Shown here one piece after another: positions 49,676-60,926 of a DNA stretch of 64,000 nucleotides. This DNA is from Ramazzottius varieornatus (Eukaryota > Animalia > Tardigrada). The stretch's first letter is position 1, and the number at the start of each line of letters is the position of its first letter. The position numbers and the translations under genes are program-made. The stretch is from assembly GCA_001949185.1 (NCBI GenBank), contig BDGG01000001.1, forward strand, positions 310,001 to 374,000. The letters run 5' to 3'. The notes below the pieces were generated by a model that searched no databases, was not told the DNA's origin, and worked only from the letters and a program-made list of their open reading frames with translations.

Positions 49676-52600
49676 TCAATCGGTAAGCGTGTAGTCTTCG
49701 TTAATGTCCAGTTCGTCGTCCGTCTGGGTGGTCATTTCGTTGCTGGCCACCATCTTCGGTATCTCTACCGTAGGCGACATATCGATTTCGTCACCGCCAT
49801 CTGGCTGGTTTGGAAATTTGCCGGCTCCCTCTCGTTGGTTAAGCGCATCCAGGTACTCAGTCTGGGCTTGCAGCAGGTCGATGGCTTCACGCTTGGCAAA
49901 CTCGTCCATGCTCCGCACCGACATGACGGCAGCCGTTCCATCCGCATTTTCAAACTCGTTCCTCTTACTGTTAAATTAACAGATGGGGAAAAGTGCCGCA
50001 GTATGTTCCTGTCGACGCTTCATTCAAGCCAGTGCGAGAGCAAAGTAATACGCCTAATACGAGAAATTTTGGGACAGTAAAGATTATGGGACAGGCGTTT
50101 TCGCTGTTCACGGCTGATTGACACTGATATGCTTTTCAACGCTTCTCTTCCACTGCTTGTCCATCTTGCTGTCCTTCCCGCCTGTCCCATAATTTTCACT
50201 GTCCCCTGATTTCTCGTCCTGCGTGTACATTTTACCTGTAGACTCGCAGATTTTTGGGGAGGAGTTGAAGTTTGGCCGTGACAGGGTAATCGCTCTTGGC
50301 CAAGCGTCCCTCCTTGATGGTCAATGGATTGTCGTCATCATCGGTTCCTCTGTATGACGGATCAGTTCGAGACTTGCGTTCGTGTTCCTACAAGAACCAA
50401 ATATCTCACCATCTGACATGTTCTCTTACTGTGTCTGTCAAGACAAAAGCTGTCGGTAGGCTTTACTTGTTGTTTCCAGTAGTCGAAAGCGGCATGAAAG
50501 TGATGGGCCAAGATGGCGAAGGAGCGTTGGTACTCGCGATAATTCTGCCCGTTACAGGGCTCGGCTGACGCCTTGATATCACTGCTGTGCGGTATCAGTT
50601 TGAACATGACTTGATGGACCGCTGTCATCGTCGCACCCACTTGGTCGTAAAAGGCCTTGAAGGCTTCCAGGCTTTCGCGGCAGTTGCGACCGTTCTCCTC
50701 CATGGTCCTTGTTCGCTCCTAGAAAAACACACACACACAAATTACAAGACAAATTTCAGGATGCAACCGGGCCGGAAACGTGACCAGAACATTTCTGAAT
50801 TGACACTTCGGCGAGGGATATCGATCTACTGTGAATTAGAATCCAAAGTGACAGCACAGGAAGTACAATTTATTGGCTTATTTTCTACGGTGTAGGCTGC
50901 TTTACCAGTAACAACATCATCTTGCGTTCAGCGGTGCTTTCGAAGTCGGCGGCCCGGTCGTCCAGTGCTCTCAGCGCTTGATGGTGATGCTCAAGCTTGT
51001 CGACCAAGGCTTCGGCTTCCTTGTTGAGGTCTCGCAGTCGTTCAGCCAGCAGCTCATTATTCTCTTCGCGTTTTTTGTACAAGTCGATGACGTCGGACAT
51101 GTTCTCCACGTTACAAATGTGCCGAATCCTGGTCATGGTTTCCTCCAGATGCAGCGTCTTTTCCATCGTCACCTGTGGCGCCACCGGGGTCTGCCAGAAA
51201 CCTGAAATATGCCCAAGGTCTCAACTAGTCCCATTTGCTGCGACGAATTGTCCACTACTGTACTCTCAATGGCTTGATTGACGCTTTCACTCTTCCAGTA
51301 TGGCGTTCGATCCACTGCGCGATGCACAGACAATATCCTCGTTTCCCTTTCCACGTTGGCCATCTGCTCCGCTAAATTTACAAGAACGTCTCATTGTCTA
51401 CCCATGACATATCAACTGGCTTAATACAGAAAACATACGTACCAGTTCGGATTTTTGCCACCAGCTCGTCCCGCATGTCGTTACTGGCATTTCGATTCTG
51501 TGCGGCCTTTTTCAAATAGTCGGCCCTGCAAGAAAACACCAAAAGTCGTATTGTTTTGGTGTGAAAGTGCTGAAGTGGGACACATCAATGTACCGTTTCT
51601 CGTTCATGTCGTTGATTTGGTTGAGCATATCCTGAAGGATCTTGGCATTATGGGCGTACTGCGCCTGCACCCTTTTGTATGCCTCATGGAAGACTTGGCG
51701 CTCCTTCATGCCGTTATGAACGGAGTACTGGGCTTCATGGGCGCTCTTCTTCAGCTTGTTGTGCTTGCGCTGGACAGCCAGCAGGCGCGACTCGGTGGTC
51801 CGTTGCTTCTTCAGCGCCACCTGGTCCGCCGCATAGCGGAACTCGCCTTGCACCGACCGCATTTCCTTGTCCTGATCCCGCATCTGCAATAAACCATACA
51901 TTTCCAAGCAGACTCAATCAAGGATAACTTGTTTCTTTGTTTTATGGAAACAAATTATTGCAAGATCGTTGTGGAAAGTGGCGCAGGCTTCCAGCTAATG
52001 ATCAAGCCAGCCTGCGCCACTTGAGAAACAATCATACTCGATGCACAAGTTCGTTTTCCAAGTGGCGCATGTTATCGAACAAGAACAGTGTGGCAGTGGC
52101 GCGCCAGGGAGTGAAAATTGTGGTAGTCGGAGCATATGGCCACGAAAGTCCAGAAATATTCCGGCAGCCCAAAAGGTCACCCCAGGGGCCCAACGTTGAC
52201 CTTTTTGGAACCTCGAAAAACCCAAGGGAAAACTCGTTTTCACGGTGGGGACTTTCACTAGTCACCGCTCTTTTATGGGGGTAGATCATTCCGCGTTTTT
52301 ATATGATAAATAACATGTTCGATATATAAAATATCTAAAAGAACAACACGAGAAAGAAACAAGAGACCAGATCGTAACCAATCGGCCACAGTTGACCATG
52401 ACGCGTCCACTTTGGGCCGAGAAACGAGTCAGCTCCATGGCATTCAGCAGTACATTGTTGCTGGCGTACGAAGACTTCGCCTTGGGGGGCGAATGAGTCT
52501 TGCCTGCTTGGCCGTCCGTTGCCGGTACATGGCAGCAACAAGCAGGCACAGAACGATGAGGCATGCTGCGAAAATGCCCCAAAAGTATGGGTCGTCCATG

Positions 52601-55101
52601 GGTCCATTTGGAGGCTCGGCGGTGATGGGCGTCGTCCAGGACCCATCAGAAAATAACAACCTGGTCGGAAGTGCCAGAAGTGGCGCGCCAACCCGTCGTT
52701 CATTACCGGTGTTCTGCGACACCTTATTTTGATGTACTAGTGTATTAGTATTTCTGTTGGTTGGCCTAGTAGAGTGGCGGAGAGCACACCAGGACTAAGG
52801 TCAGGAATGCCGGGAATATTCCCACCCAAAAGAGCCCAGAATTAAAGTACCGGGAAAATCCCGCCCAAACATAAGGACCGGGAACTTCTGCTTGGGAAGA
52901 CCAGGAACGCTAATCTGGGTAGCACTGGAAATACCACACAACTTCCAAGGCAAAACGACTGACCAGAAAGATCCGAACGGGATGATAAGTTGACAGTTGG
53001 AAAAAACGGGATCATCCCGGAATTTTACTAACTGCTACACGACCAAGTGCAATTATTCGGCTTCTGGGCTCATGCCCACAGGCTCAAACCAGCAACAGTA
53101 AAACAAATTCAATCGCAAGACGCTAACTGAGCAGTTTTACGCAGCAACGTGCAGCGACGTGTGCTTTTTTCGCAACGCACTTCGAACGAACACGGGAAAA
53201 GAGCGAGCTGAAATGGATCACCACGATTCCAATACCACTTTTTCTTTTGCGCCCGGTACTTCCAAGTACCGATAGACGCTACTCCAGTAGTCTAAGCTTT
53301 GTTTCACCAACGACAGACCCAGGACTTTCAAAACGGTGAACCTCCTGCAGACCGCGTAAGCCCAGATTGGCTTTGAATGTTCAAACAGCTCAAAGAGCTA
53401 GCGAATAGCCGTTCTACAAAATTGAGATTACCTCTCGGTCATTCCGCTACCGGGGAGGATCAGCCGATAAGTTCCCGATTTTCGTGATGTATGTTTCCGA
53501 ACGGAGTCGTACGCATGAATCAGGCCCTAGCACAGGCGTGCAGCCGTTCTAATTAATCAAGTTGTATTTGAAACTTAAACGGGACAATGCTGCTTAATCA
53601 GACGTTCAATGGCCGGAACAACAACCAAACCGGTTGAATAGTCGCTATCCCTACATGTTCCAATCCTCATCAAAACCAGATACGTAACTTGCGGCACGCA
53701 TCATTTGTGGTTCGGATCGTGCGTGTGATCAGTTGACTAATTCGCTTTGTTTTGTCGTGCTTTTTCCACGCCGCGCCACTTTTCTATTTTTTGAGGCAAA
53801 AATCGAAAATTTCCCCTTGGCTACCCCTGGACCCTCGGCGCACCCCTTTGGCTACCGCTCTGGTTCAAAAATCCCGGTAGAGGGGCAGCCATTTTTACTG
53901 GTGAGGGCTCAGAATCGCTGGAGCCACTGTAGAGCACGGAATCTGGCCGCATGCGCTGCACTGTACTGCACCTGTGCTGTGCTGCAGCACAGAGACTTTG
54001 TGCCATACAACGTGGTTACTGCAGTCTTCGGTGGACACCATAAATAACTAGACAGAAAAAAATCAACAGCACGGTCAAGATCACATAATGCTACGATCGA
54101 TGCTGTTACATGACTGGTTTTTAGAGAAGCTGTGTTAGAGCACGGAATCTGGCCGCATGCGCTGTACTGCAGCTGTGCTGTGCTGCAGCACAGCCGCAGC
54201 GCGTGAACTGACGAAATTTGTGCGGCACAGCACAGCATACAGCAGAAAGCCATAGACTACCGCGCAGATGCACCTACCGAAACCTAACAAAAATTACAGT
54301 TTTTGGGCATTCGAAGGTCAGCCGTCTCAGCTTTGCCGTACTTTAGGGCAACGTTCTCCAGGTTGACTACCGATTTGGCTGACTGAATTTCAAACCACGT
54401 CAATACATCGACTTTCCGTGCAGCAGTACCATATCAATGTGCATCTGCAGCACAGCTGCTTAGCCACTGGGCGTGAAAGTTGTGCAGCACAGCGCAGCGT
54501 ATAGCGCCCTGGTAATGTGCGCAGCACAGTTACAGCGTACTTTTGGACCTGCGGCCCAGTGCTCTAAGCCACGGCTACCGGAAACACTGTGTGGCGCGCC
54601 TCTGCAATGTGGCCATGCACCACTTGACATATCGATCTATGGTTCAGTTCATCTGCCTACGTCCCATTTGTGCTGACCTTTGAGACATCTCCCATGGTAC
54701 TTTTCCGTGCAGCGGCCACCTTTTCCTCCATGTTGGTCAGCTGCATTAACAACTCTCCAATCTCGCGCATCTCGTTCTCCCTTCGTACGTCGTTGGCCTT
54801 GGTCTCCATGTTATGCCGAATCTTCTCCAGGTTAGCCACTTGGGCTTTCAGTTCATCTTCTTTCTTTCTAGGTGAAATGTATGTGATGCATCTAATGTCA
54901 AATGCAGACGGCCAGACCTTACCGTTGTTTGGCTTCTTCGGTGGCACGAAAGCGTCGTTTCCGTTCCAGCTCGAAGCGTAGCATACGCGCCCGAGCTTTG
55001 TTGTGTTTCAGCTCATCTTTCATCCGCTGTATCTCTGCTGGCGCATAAGGGTTCAATTGGCCTATGTCGGCTTCCTCATCAAATAAAGGTTCGAAATTCA
55101 T
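49676..55101 (-). CDS. Outer dynein arm docking complex subunit (ODAD1/CCDC114/CCDC63-like), multi-exon
   Basis: Spliced coiled-coil exons. ERQVFHEAYKRV and EETMTRIRHICNVENMSDVIDLYKKREENNELLAERLRDLNKEAEAL fit the ODA-DC2 family pattern (D..LV.KY.E.EERNF..F..INE.N.E.E). Confidence 0.6.
50049..50225. mobile_element. MITE (family B) in an intron
   Basis: ACGAGAAATTTTGGGACAGTAAAGATTATGGGACAGGCG ... CGCCTGTCCCATAATTTTCACTGTCCCCTGATTTCTCGT. A related copy is at ~56045-56244. Confidence 0.75.
52444..52722 (-). CDS. Candidate small single-pass membrane protein nested in an intron of the ODAD1-like gene
   Basis: 92-aa ORF with one clear TM segment (YFWGIFAACLIVLCLLVAAMY) followed by the positive-inside residues RQRTAKQAR. 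Confidence 0.35.
   Translation of the reverse strand: MSQNTGNERRVGAPLLALPTRLLFSDGSWTTPITAEPPNGPMDDPYFWGIFAACLIVLCLLVAAMYRQRTAKQARLIRPPRRSLRTPATMYC
53930..54566 (-). mobile_element. Composite hAT-type MITE carrying a captured host-gene fragment (53994-54135)
   Basis: 8-bp TSD AGCCACTG/AGCCACGG. It consists of the 431-bp core (same as 16610-17040), 142 bp matching 17041-17182, and a second ~64-bp end starting TAGAGCACGG. Confidence 0.88.
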
Positions 55102-55434
55102 GGCGCCCTCTGCCTTGATATAGAATTACAACACAGACGCAAGTCCGCACGGTACACTACCGTCGGCGGCTCACCTTATCTCAATCACAATGGCATAGTC
55201 CTCATTTTCGTCGGACCGGCTGTCGCGCGAGTTTTATTAGCCCAGTAGACGTAGACACTCACGTCACCTGGGAACCCTTCTTACAGGTTTCGTGGAAATA
55301 AACGCACACTACAGTTAAAGTCCATAGGTCTGTGCGCGCCGACATGAAACGCAAAACACTGTCGTCCAGATGAAAGTTGCAAGCAGTAATATCTCATGCA
55401 TGAAAGGAAGTTAGATTAACGACTATGAGCAAAC

Positions 55435-58223
55435 TCAAGATTTATACATATCGCACAGTATTTTTTCCATGGGAGTATTGCCAATGAGACGTGCAAAGAA
55501 GAGACTTTCCACCCGCTCTGTGGGAATTTCGTGCAAGTTGTGCAGTAACAGCAAGAGCTTCCCAAACCTGCAAGAAAAACGGTCTTCCGTCAACTGTCCA
55601 ACTTGGTTTATTCTTGATGAACAGAGTAATGCAAATGTCACCTCGCAGGTTGCGCTGCATGGTGCAGCTTCTCGTACTGGCTCAACATAACCTGCGCCTG
55701 ATCTTGCAGACTTTCAACCTGCTGCGGTTCCTTCAGACCTTTGGCTGCAGGCTTCAGAAGGACGATGGCTTTCAAGTAGGCGAACTCGTTGGGGTCCACT
55801 GTCAGCCCTTTGAAGCGGTTGTAGGCATCTGTCAAGGCCCGCAACTCAGTAGGCCCACTCGTCGCCCCACCACGGTCTGGAGAGTGGCCCATCAAGTGGT
55901 ATCCGCCCAGCGGGAAGGACCATTGCATGGCGCACATGATGAACAACTCACTCCAGCTTTCTTCCAGTAGAGTTATCTAAAAAAAACAAGAGCGCCTCAC
56001 ATTTGTGAATTTTCTCGTATGACCAATTTTGCATCATTTGGTTATACGCACGATGAGAAATATGGGCCAGGCGTTTTCGCTACGGCGGTACGGAAGCACG
56101 TACGTACTCACCTGATTCACAGCAACGAACTTTTCGACACTTTTCGACACTTTTCGACACTTTTCCACGTTCGAATTCCCATTTTGCCGTCTGTTCCGCC
56201 TGGCCCATAATTTCATACTGGCCCATAATTTCTCGTCGTACGTGCAGTAGAAAGGAACAGATATCAAGAGAAGTCGGTTTTTTTCTACGTTTATTTTGAT
56301 AATTTGATCTGTTCTTTGTCACCTGGTCGCGGAATGGTAGCGATACGAAATAAGGAAGGCTCTTGGCCCACTTGACTGATTGGTACAGGAGCCGGGCTGC
56401 CGCTTCGTACATGACGCTCTCCATGCCCACCGAGAAGAATGGCACAAGCGACGGCGTTGGTAGGTGAGAAGTCGAAGACTCGGCTGGTGATGAAGTGGAG
56501 GAATGCTGGCCAGCCGAGTAGCTACTTGCCAAGGAACTCGAGCCTGGACTTTTGCAACCTGCCAGCAGTGAAATCAAGAGAAACACCTTACATGATTTTT
56601 AAGAGGACATCGAGAAGAAAGCTTACAGTTTGCGATGCCCGTACTGCGAAAAGCCGAAGTGGAGGAAGAAATATTGCTGGAGGGTGGCACGGGGTAGAAG
56701 GCAGCCGCTACTGTCCCGTCCAGCAAGTTCCGATCTTCCACCATATCGTAGCGGATAGTCGCTGAATTTCGGGGCTGTCGCTCATTTTGCACCGCTAAGA
56801 AATACATTTAAAAAATAAAACTGAAATATTTTAGACGATATCAGAAAATAGAAAATCAATCAGAATCCTTCTCTTTGAAACAAAAAATTAGTACCGCTTG
56901 GTTCCTAATCAGCGACTACCGTTTCTAGATTTGGACATCTTGCTACGTTTGGTATTGATCGAGAAGCTGTTGGCGGGGGAAAACAGGGAAAATTAATGTC
57001 CGACCGATTAGCGAGTCTTGAGCAAGGGGAAGAAGCGCAATCTCTTTTCTTCCACTTGGTCACATCACAAAGGGGACATGCTGATGCGCCATCCCTCTGA
57101 TCTCATACGGATCAGCACGGGCTCAATTGTCCATCAACGTCTTCCTTGCAATTTGTCGTGTGTTACCGCTACTCATGGAGCACGTTTACTGATGGTGGGC
57201 GGTTAGATTGACGTGCTTCCACTTTGACTGAGTGACATCGATTGGGAGCAATATCGGCGAGTGGTTGACTACGGAGGCCATTATTTTGATCTTTGTCACG
57301 CAGCGCACGTCGGGCTTGGCGACACCCACTGCGCGACATGTCCCGTTTGTTGTGTAGCTGCCTCTTGTCATACCAACCTCCTAATCTCCCCCTTTTCAGC
57401 TGCGCTAATTCTTTTGTACAACATCATGCGCTTCAACCTTCACTTTACCGCATATCAACATATGCATCATGGAATATGGGCGCTCTACAACGCCTTTCAG
57501 GATCTGTCTTGATGTCAAAGCACGACGTGATCAAAACGTCTTGACATTTCCCCCATTGATACCAACCCCAAACAGACCCTATCGTGCAAGAACACTGCTT
57601 ACCTCTCACTCCTACTGGAATTACTATCAATTTCAGCAGTCAGATCAATATCAGGTCGTTCTACAGAGTCATTTTACAGAGTGAAAGGTCAGCAACGCCC
57701 GGCGAATATTCGAACATTTCTGTCCTTCTCGAAAGGGTGACCGCCGCAGAATCGGAATGAACTTTGACTCTTACCGTCTTTGTTCATGCCCATCTGTAGA
57801 CATTTCTTCAAGCGACAAGCCTGGCACTGATTGCGATGTGCCTTGTCAATGTTGCAGTTCCCGTCACCAGCTTGACATCTACAAACAAAAAATATCTCGA
57901 TTTGATCAAACTAAGTTAAGCAAATGATTTGGATTATTATAGAAGAAAGCAGAGTCGAATGTGATCTGTTTTTAGGGCGCGTGGGAAAGTCAAGTGTGAG
58001 CCGAAGCGACACTTCATCTGCCGCAGCTTACCGATAAATCAGTTTCCGGCGGACAGATCGCTTGAAGAAGCCGGAGCATCCGTTACAGGCCAAGATGCCA
58101 TAGTGTTTGCCACTTGAAGTGTCGGAACAGACGGCACAGAGCAAGCCCGGGCTGCTGCGGCTTCCGCTGTTGATGGGGAACGGCGAGGGTATGGAGCGAA
58201 CCGCACTGACAGTTTCACCATCT
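55435..58223 (-). CDS. NR2E3: Photoreceptor-specific nuclear receptor PNR/Hr51/unfulfilled (NR2E3); further 5' exon(s) probably at 58.9-59.3 kb
   Basis: [39 protein letters not shown]|[34 protein letters not shown]|[32 protein letters not shown]...[13 protein letters not shown] and [15 protein letters not shown]. Confidence 0.95.
56045..56244. mobile_element. MITE (family B) in an NR2E3 intron, with internal (TTTTCGACAC)3
   Basis: GAGAAATATGGGCCAGGCGTTTTCGCT ... CGCCTGGCCCATAATTTC..GGCCCATAATTTCTCGTCGTACGTG. Shares AGGCGTTTTCGCT with the 50049 copy. Confidence 0.7.
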
Positions 58224-60926
58224 GCTACAGCAAACCTTTTTGCTCACGCTTGATACCTTATTTTTGAGGCCGGAAGAGTAGGCCGCTAATTTGATTCTTC
58301 ACACTTCAACAAGCCCGCAAACTTCAATCGCCGCCCAATCATCCTGTGATGCCATCCGCAGCTTATGCGCTGTCTAACAATAGCGCAACTGCCACATGCC
58401 ATCACCAATTGAAATCTATCAACATATCTGAGATAATTGACCAGTCCTAACATTTCCAACCCTTCCAACTGAGCTTCATCTCACGACACACCATTTTAGA
58501 GAACGCCGCACTTTTTTCCTTCCAACAGAACAGTTAAAAAAAGGGAGTCTTTTTTATTTTTGAATTAAAATCAAAGATGACCCCATCTTTCAATTTCAGA
58601 TCCCGAGAGACCGTTTCGAATCCATCAAGAGGGAAACTCCAATAAATACAGCGGCCAAATTGCGGGAATCTGTTACTGACCGTGTTCCGAGTCGTATGGC
58701 GAATCGGCCCGCTTCTTGCGTTTCAGATCCATTTGGCTTCTTTCAACGCAGATGGTTTTTCAAACGTAGTCTTCCCAGGACCCGCTCTGAATAAGATGAG
58801 AAATTCCTGCAGTTAGTTCTGACTTCCGAGTAAGCCAATAAAATACAATGAAACGATTTTCATTGTCCACGTCTGAAGGTACGTACCTCCAAGGTTGTGA
58901 CGATGTAGGTCGGCCCTTGTCGGATACCGGCAAGCAGCGCTGGTGGTGCAAGACAGAGTTCTGCCACAGATCGTGTATTGTGGGTAAAATGGAAGAAGGT
59001 TGTGATATCTGGAGGTCCGGGAGCACGCAAGAGGTTAAAGTACTACCCGGATGTCACGGCGGGAAGATCTTTAGCCAGTGTGGCTCTTTGACACAGAACT
59101 GGCGCAGCGCCGCACAAGTGACTGCTAAACATCCCTCTTCCGTCTTCCCTTCTTGGCCTTTTCAATTGTGAGTGGGGGCCAGTGTCGGCAGGTCTATATG
59201 ATGATGTAGATTTATGGTGTGGGGAGTGCAGGCCGATGAATGGCCATCGATCGTCGCGTCGTGATTCTTTATTTGTCATTAATCTAATAATCCATGGCCA
59301 TGATGCAGATTAACGCTGGCTCCAAAGCGACAGCGCCCAACCAAGATTGATTTCAGCGCAGTTAAGGCCTGATCAAATTAGAAGGACGAATTAATTCTCG
59401 AGTGATGTGTCGATGACGGCCTCATTTACATCTTTATTTTGTTACACATTGCTAAAGTGGTGCAGCAACGGAAGAGAAGAGTGACTGAGCCAGCAACATT
59501 GAAGAAGGGGAAATGAATGTGACGGAAGGCACTGGTGCTCTATCGATATCATCAATTACCGCTCTTCTCGCCGCACAATCTTGTAAAGCTGAAAGCCGAT
59601 TAACCGCCACACTGATCTTCAACGTCCTTTTCTCCGCTTACCCTCTTTTTATTTCATGTAACCCTTTCCTAACCCTTCTGCCTTGTTTTGCTGCCGGTGG
59701 TAACAACAATGCTCGCCGTAAACGTATATATCACAGACTGCTCAAAATCGCGCCTTGAACCCCAAACTCGACGGTCCGGTCCGACAGAATTACTGCTGAC
59801 CTAAACGTTATTGTAAAATAACGCTTTTATTTATTCGGCTCTGTGGAAAGTTGTTTGACGAAACCAGGAGCCCAACTCTGGACCCAGGTTGATAGAACGC
59901 ATACGGAAGGCTTCTAAACGAGGTGCATTACACTGCGTCAGTAATACTGTAGGTAGCGCGTGCACTGCTACGAAAACCCACCCCTTCCCATATGTTGTGC
60001 AATATAATACAAGTTGGACTGATGGCCAATAATCATAACGTAAGGGGCTATTAGCCCTGACGATTGTTCAAAAAGACCGATGAAGACAGTTTGCTCTACC
60101 GAAGGCAGGTGCGGTCAACTGGTGTATGCAGCGGCTACAGCGCGCCGATACTGATGCTACAAGGGCTTTTTTGCTTTGTCTCAATCGGTACAACGATATC
60201 ATGAGACACTGTGCCAGTCATGGCAGCGTTTGCTCTGCATGGTTTCGCCCGGCATTTGGACCGTCAGCATTGATGTTCAGTATGCAGGCCTTGGAAGATC
60301 TGTATGGATTCATTCAAACCGAAGTACCGTACACCATGCAGAATCAAAGTAGCTGATCCATCTCTGCCCGCCTATCTAGTTCGCGCACTGACGCGTAGTG
60401 TTATGTTTGCCGTGTAAGGCTACAGTAAGCCCGGTCCTGTTTGTTTTCCGTTTTGATGGCAACTGTAAATCCAGTTAAGTATTTCTAACCGCTCGCAAAA
60501 GAATTCCCAGCCCTGATAGCCCTTTCGGCGCCATGGTTTGATACCTCATCGATACTTGCTCAACTCGGTGACCATGAAACCTAATGCGTGAGCTAACCGC
60601 CGGTCTACAACAACTCTACGTGAGGCGTCGGTTACGAGTACCAGTAGGGCAGTATAGGCAGAGAAAATGCAGGACGCTTAATCTGCGCCAGCATATCTAC
60701 ACAATGTGTTTTCGACCGATATGCACGTCAAGATAAAATGGACAAATATAGACTGCAGCATTCTGTGGTATGCCGTGCACGAACATTCCTCTGGCTGAAG
60801 TTTACTCCATGGGCTCTGCACAAGTATTGATAGCACCCCCCCAACTTTTATTAGTCTCACTGGCAGCTTTCTAAGTTACCTCCTACCCCCAAGTGAGGGC
60901 ATCAACACCTTCGGTTTTCCTTCCAG

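Noticed and set aside
52780-53030. Clustered CCGGGA motifs
   Set aside because: Probably degraded TE subterminal repeats. No TIR or TSD could be defined.
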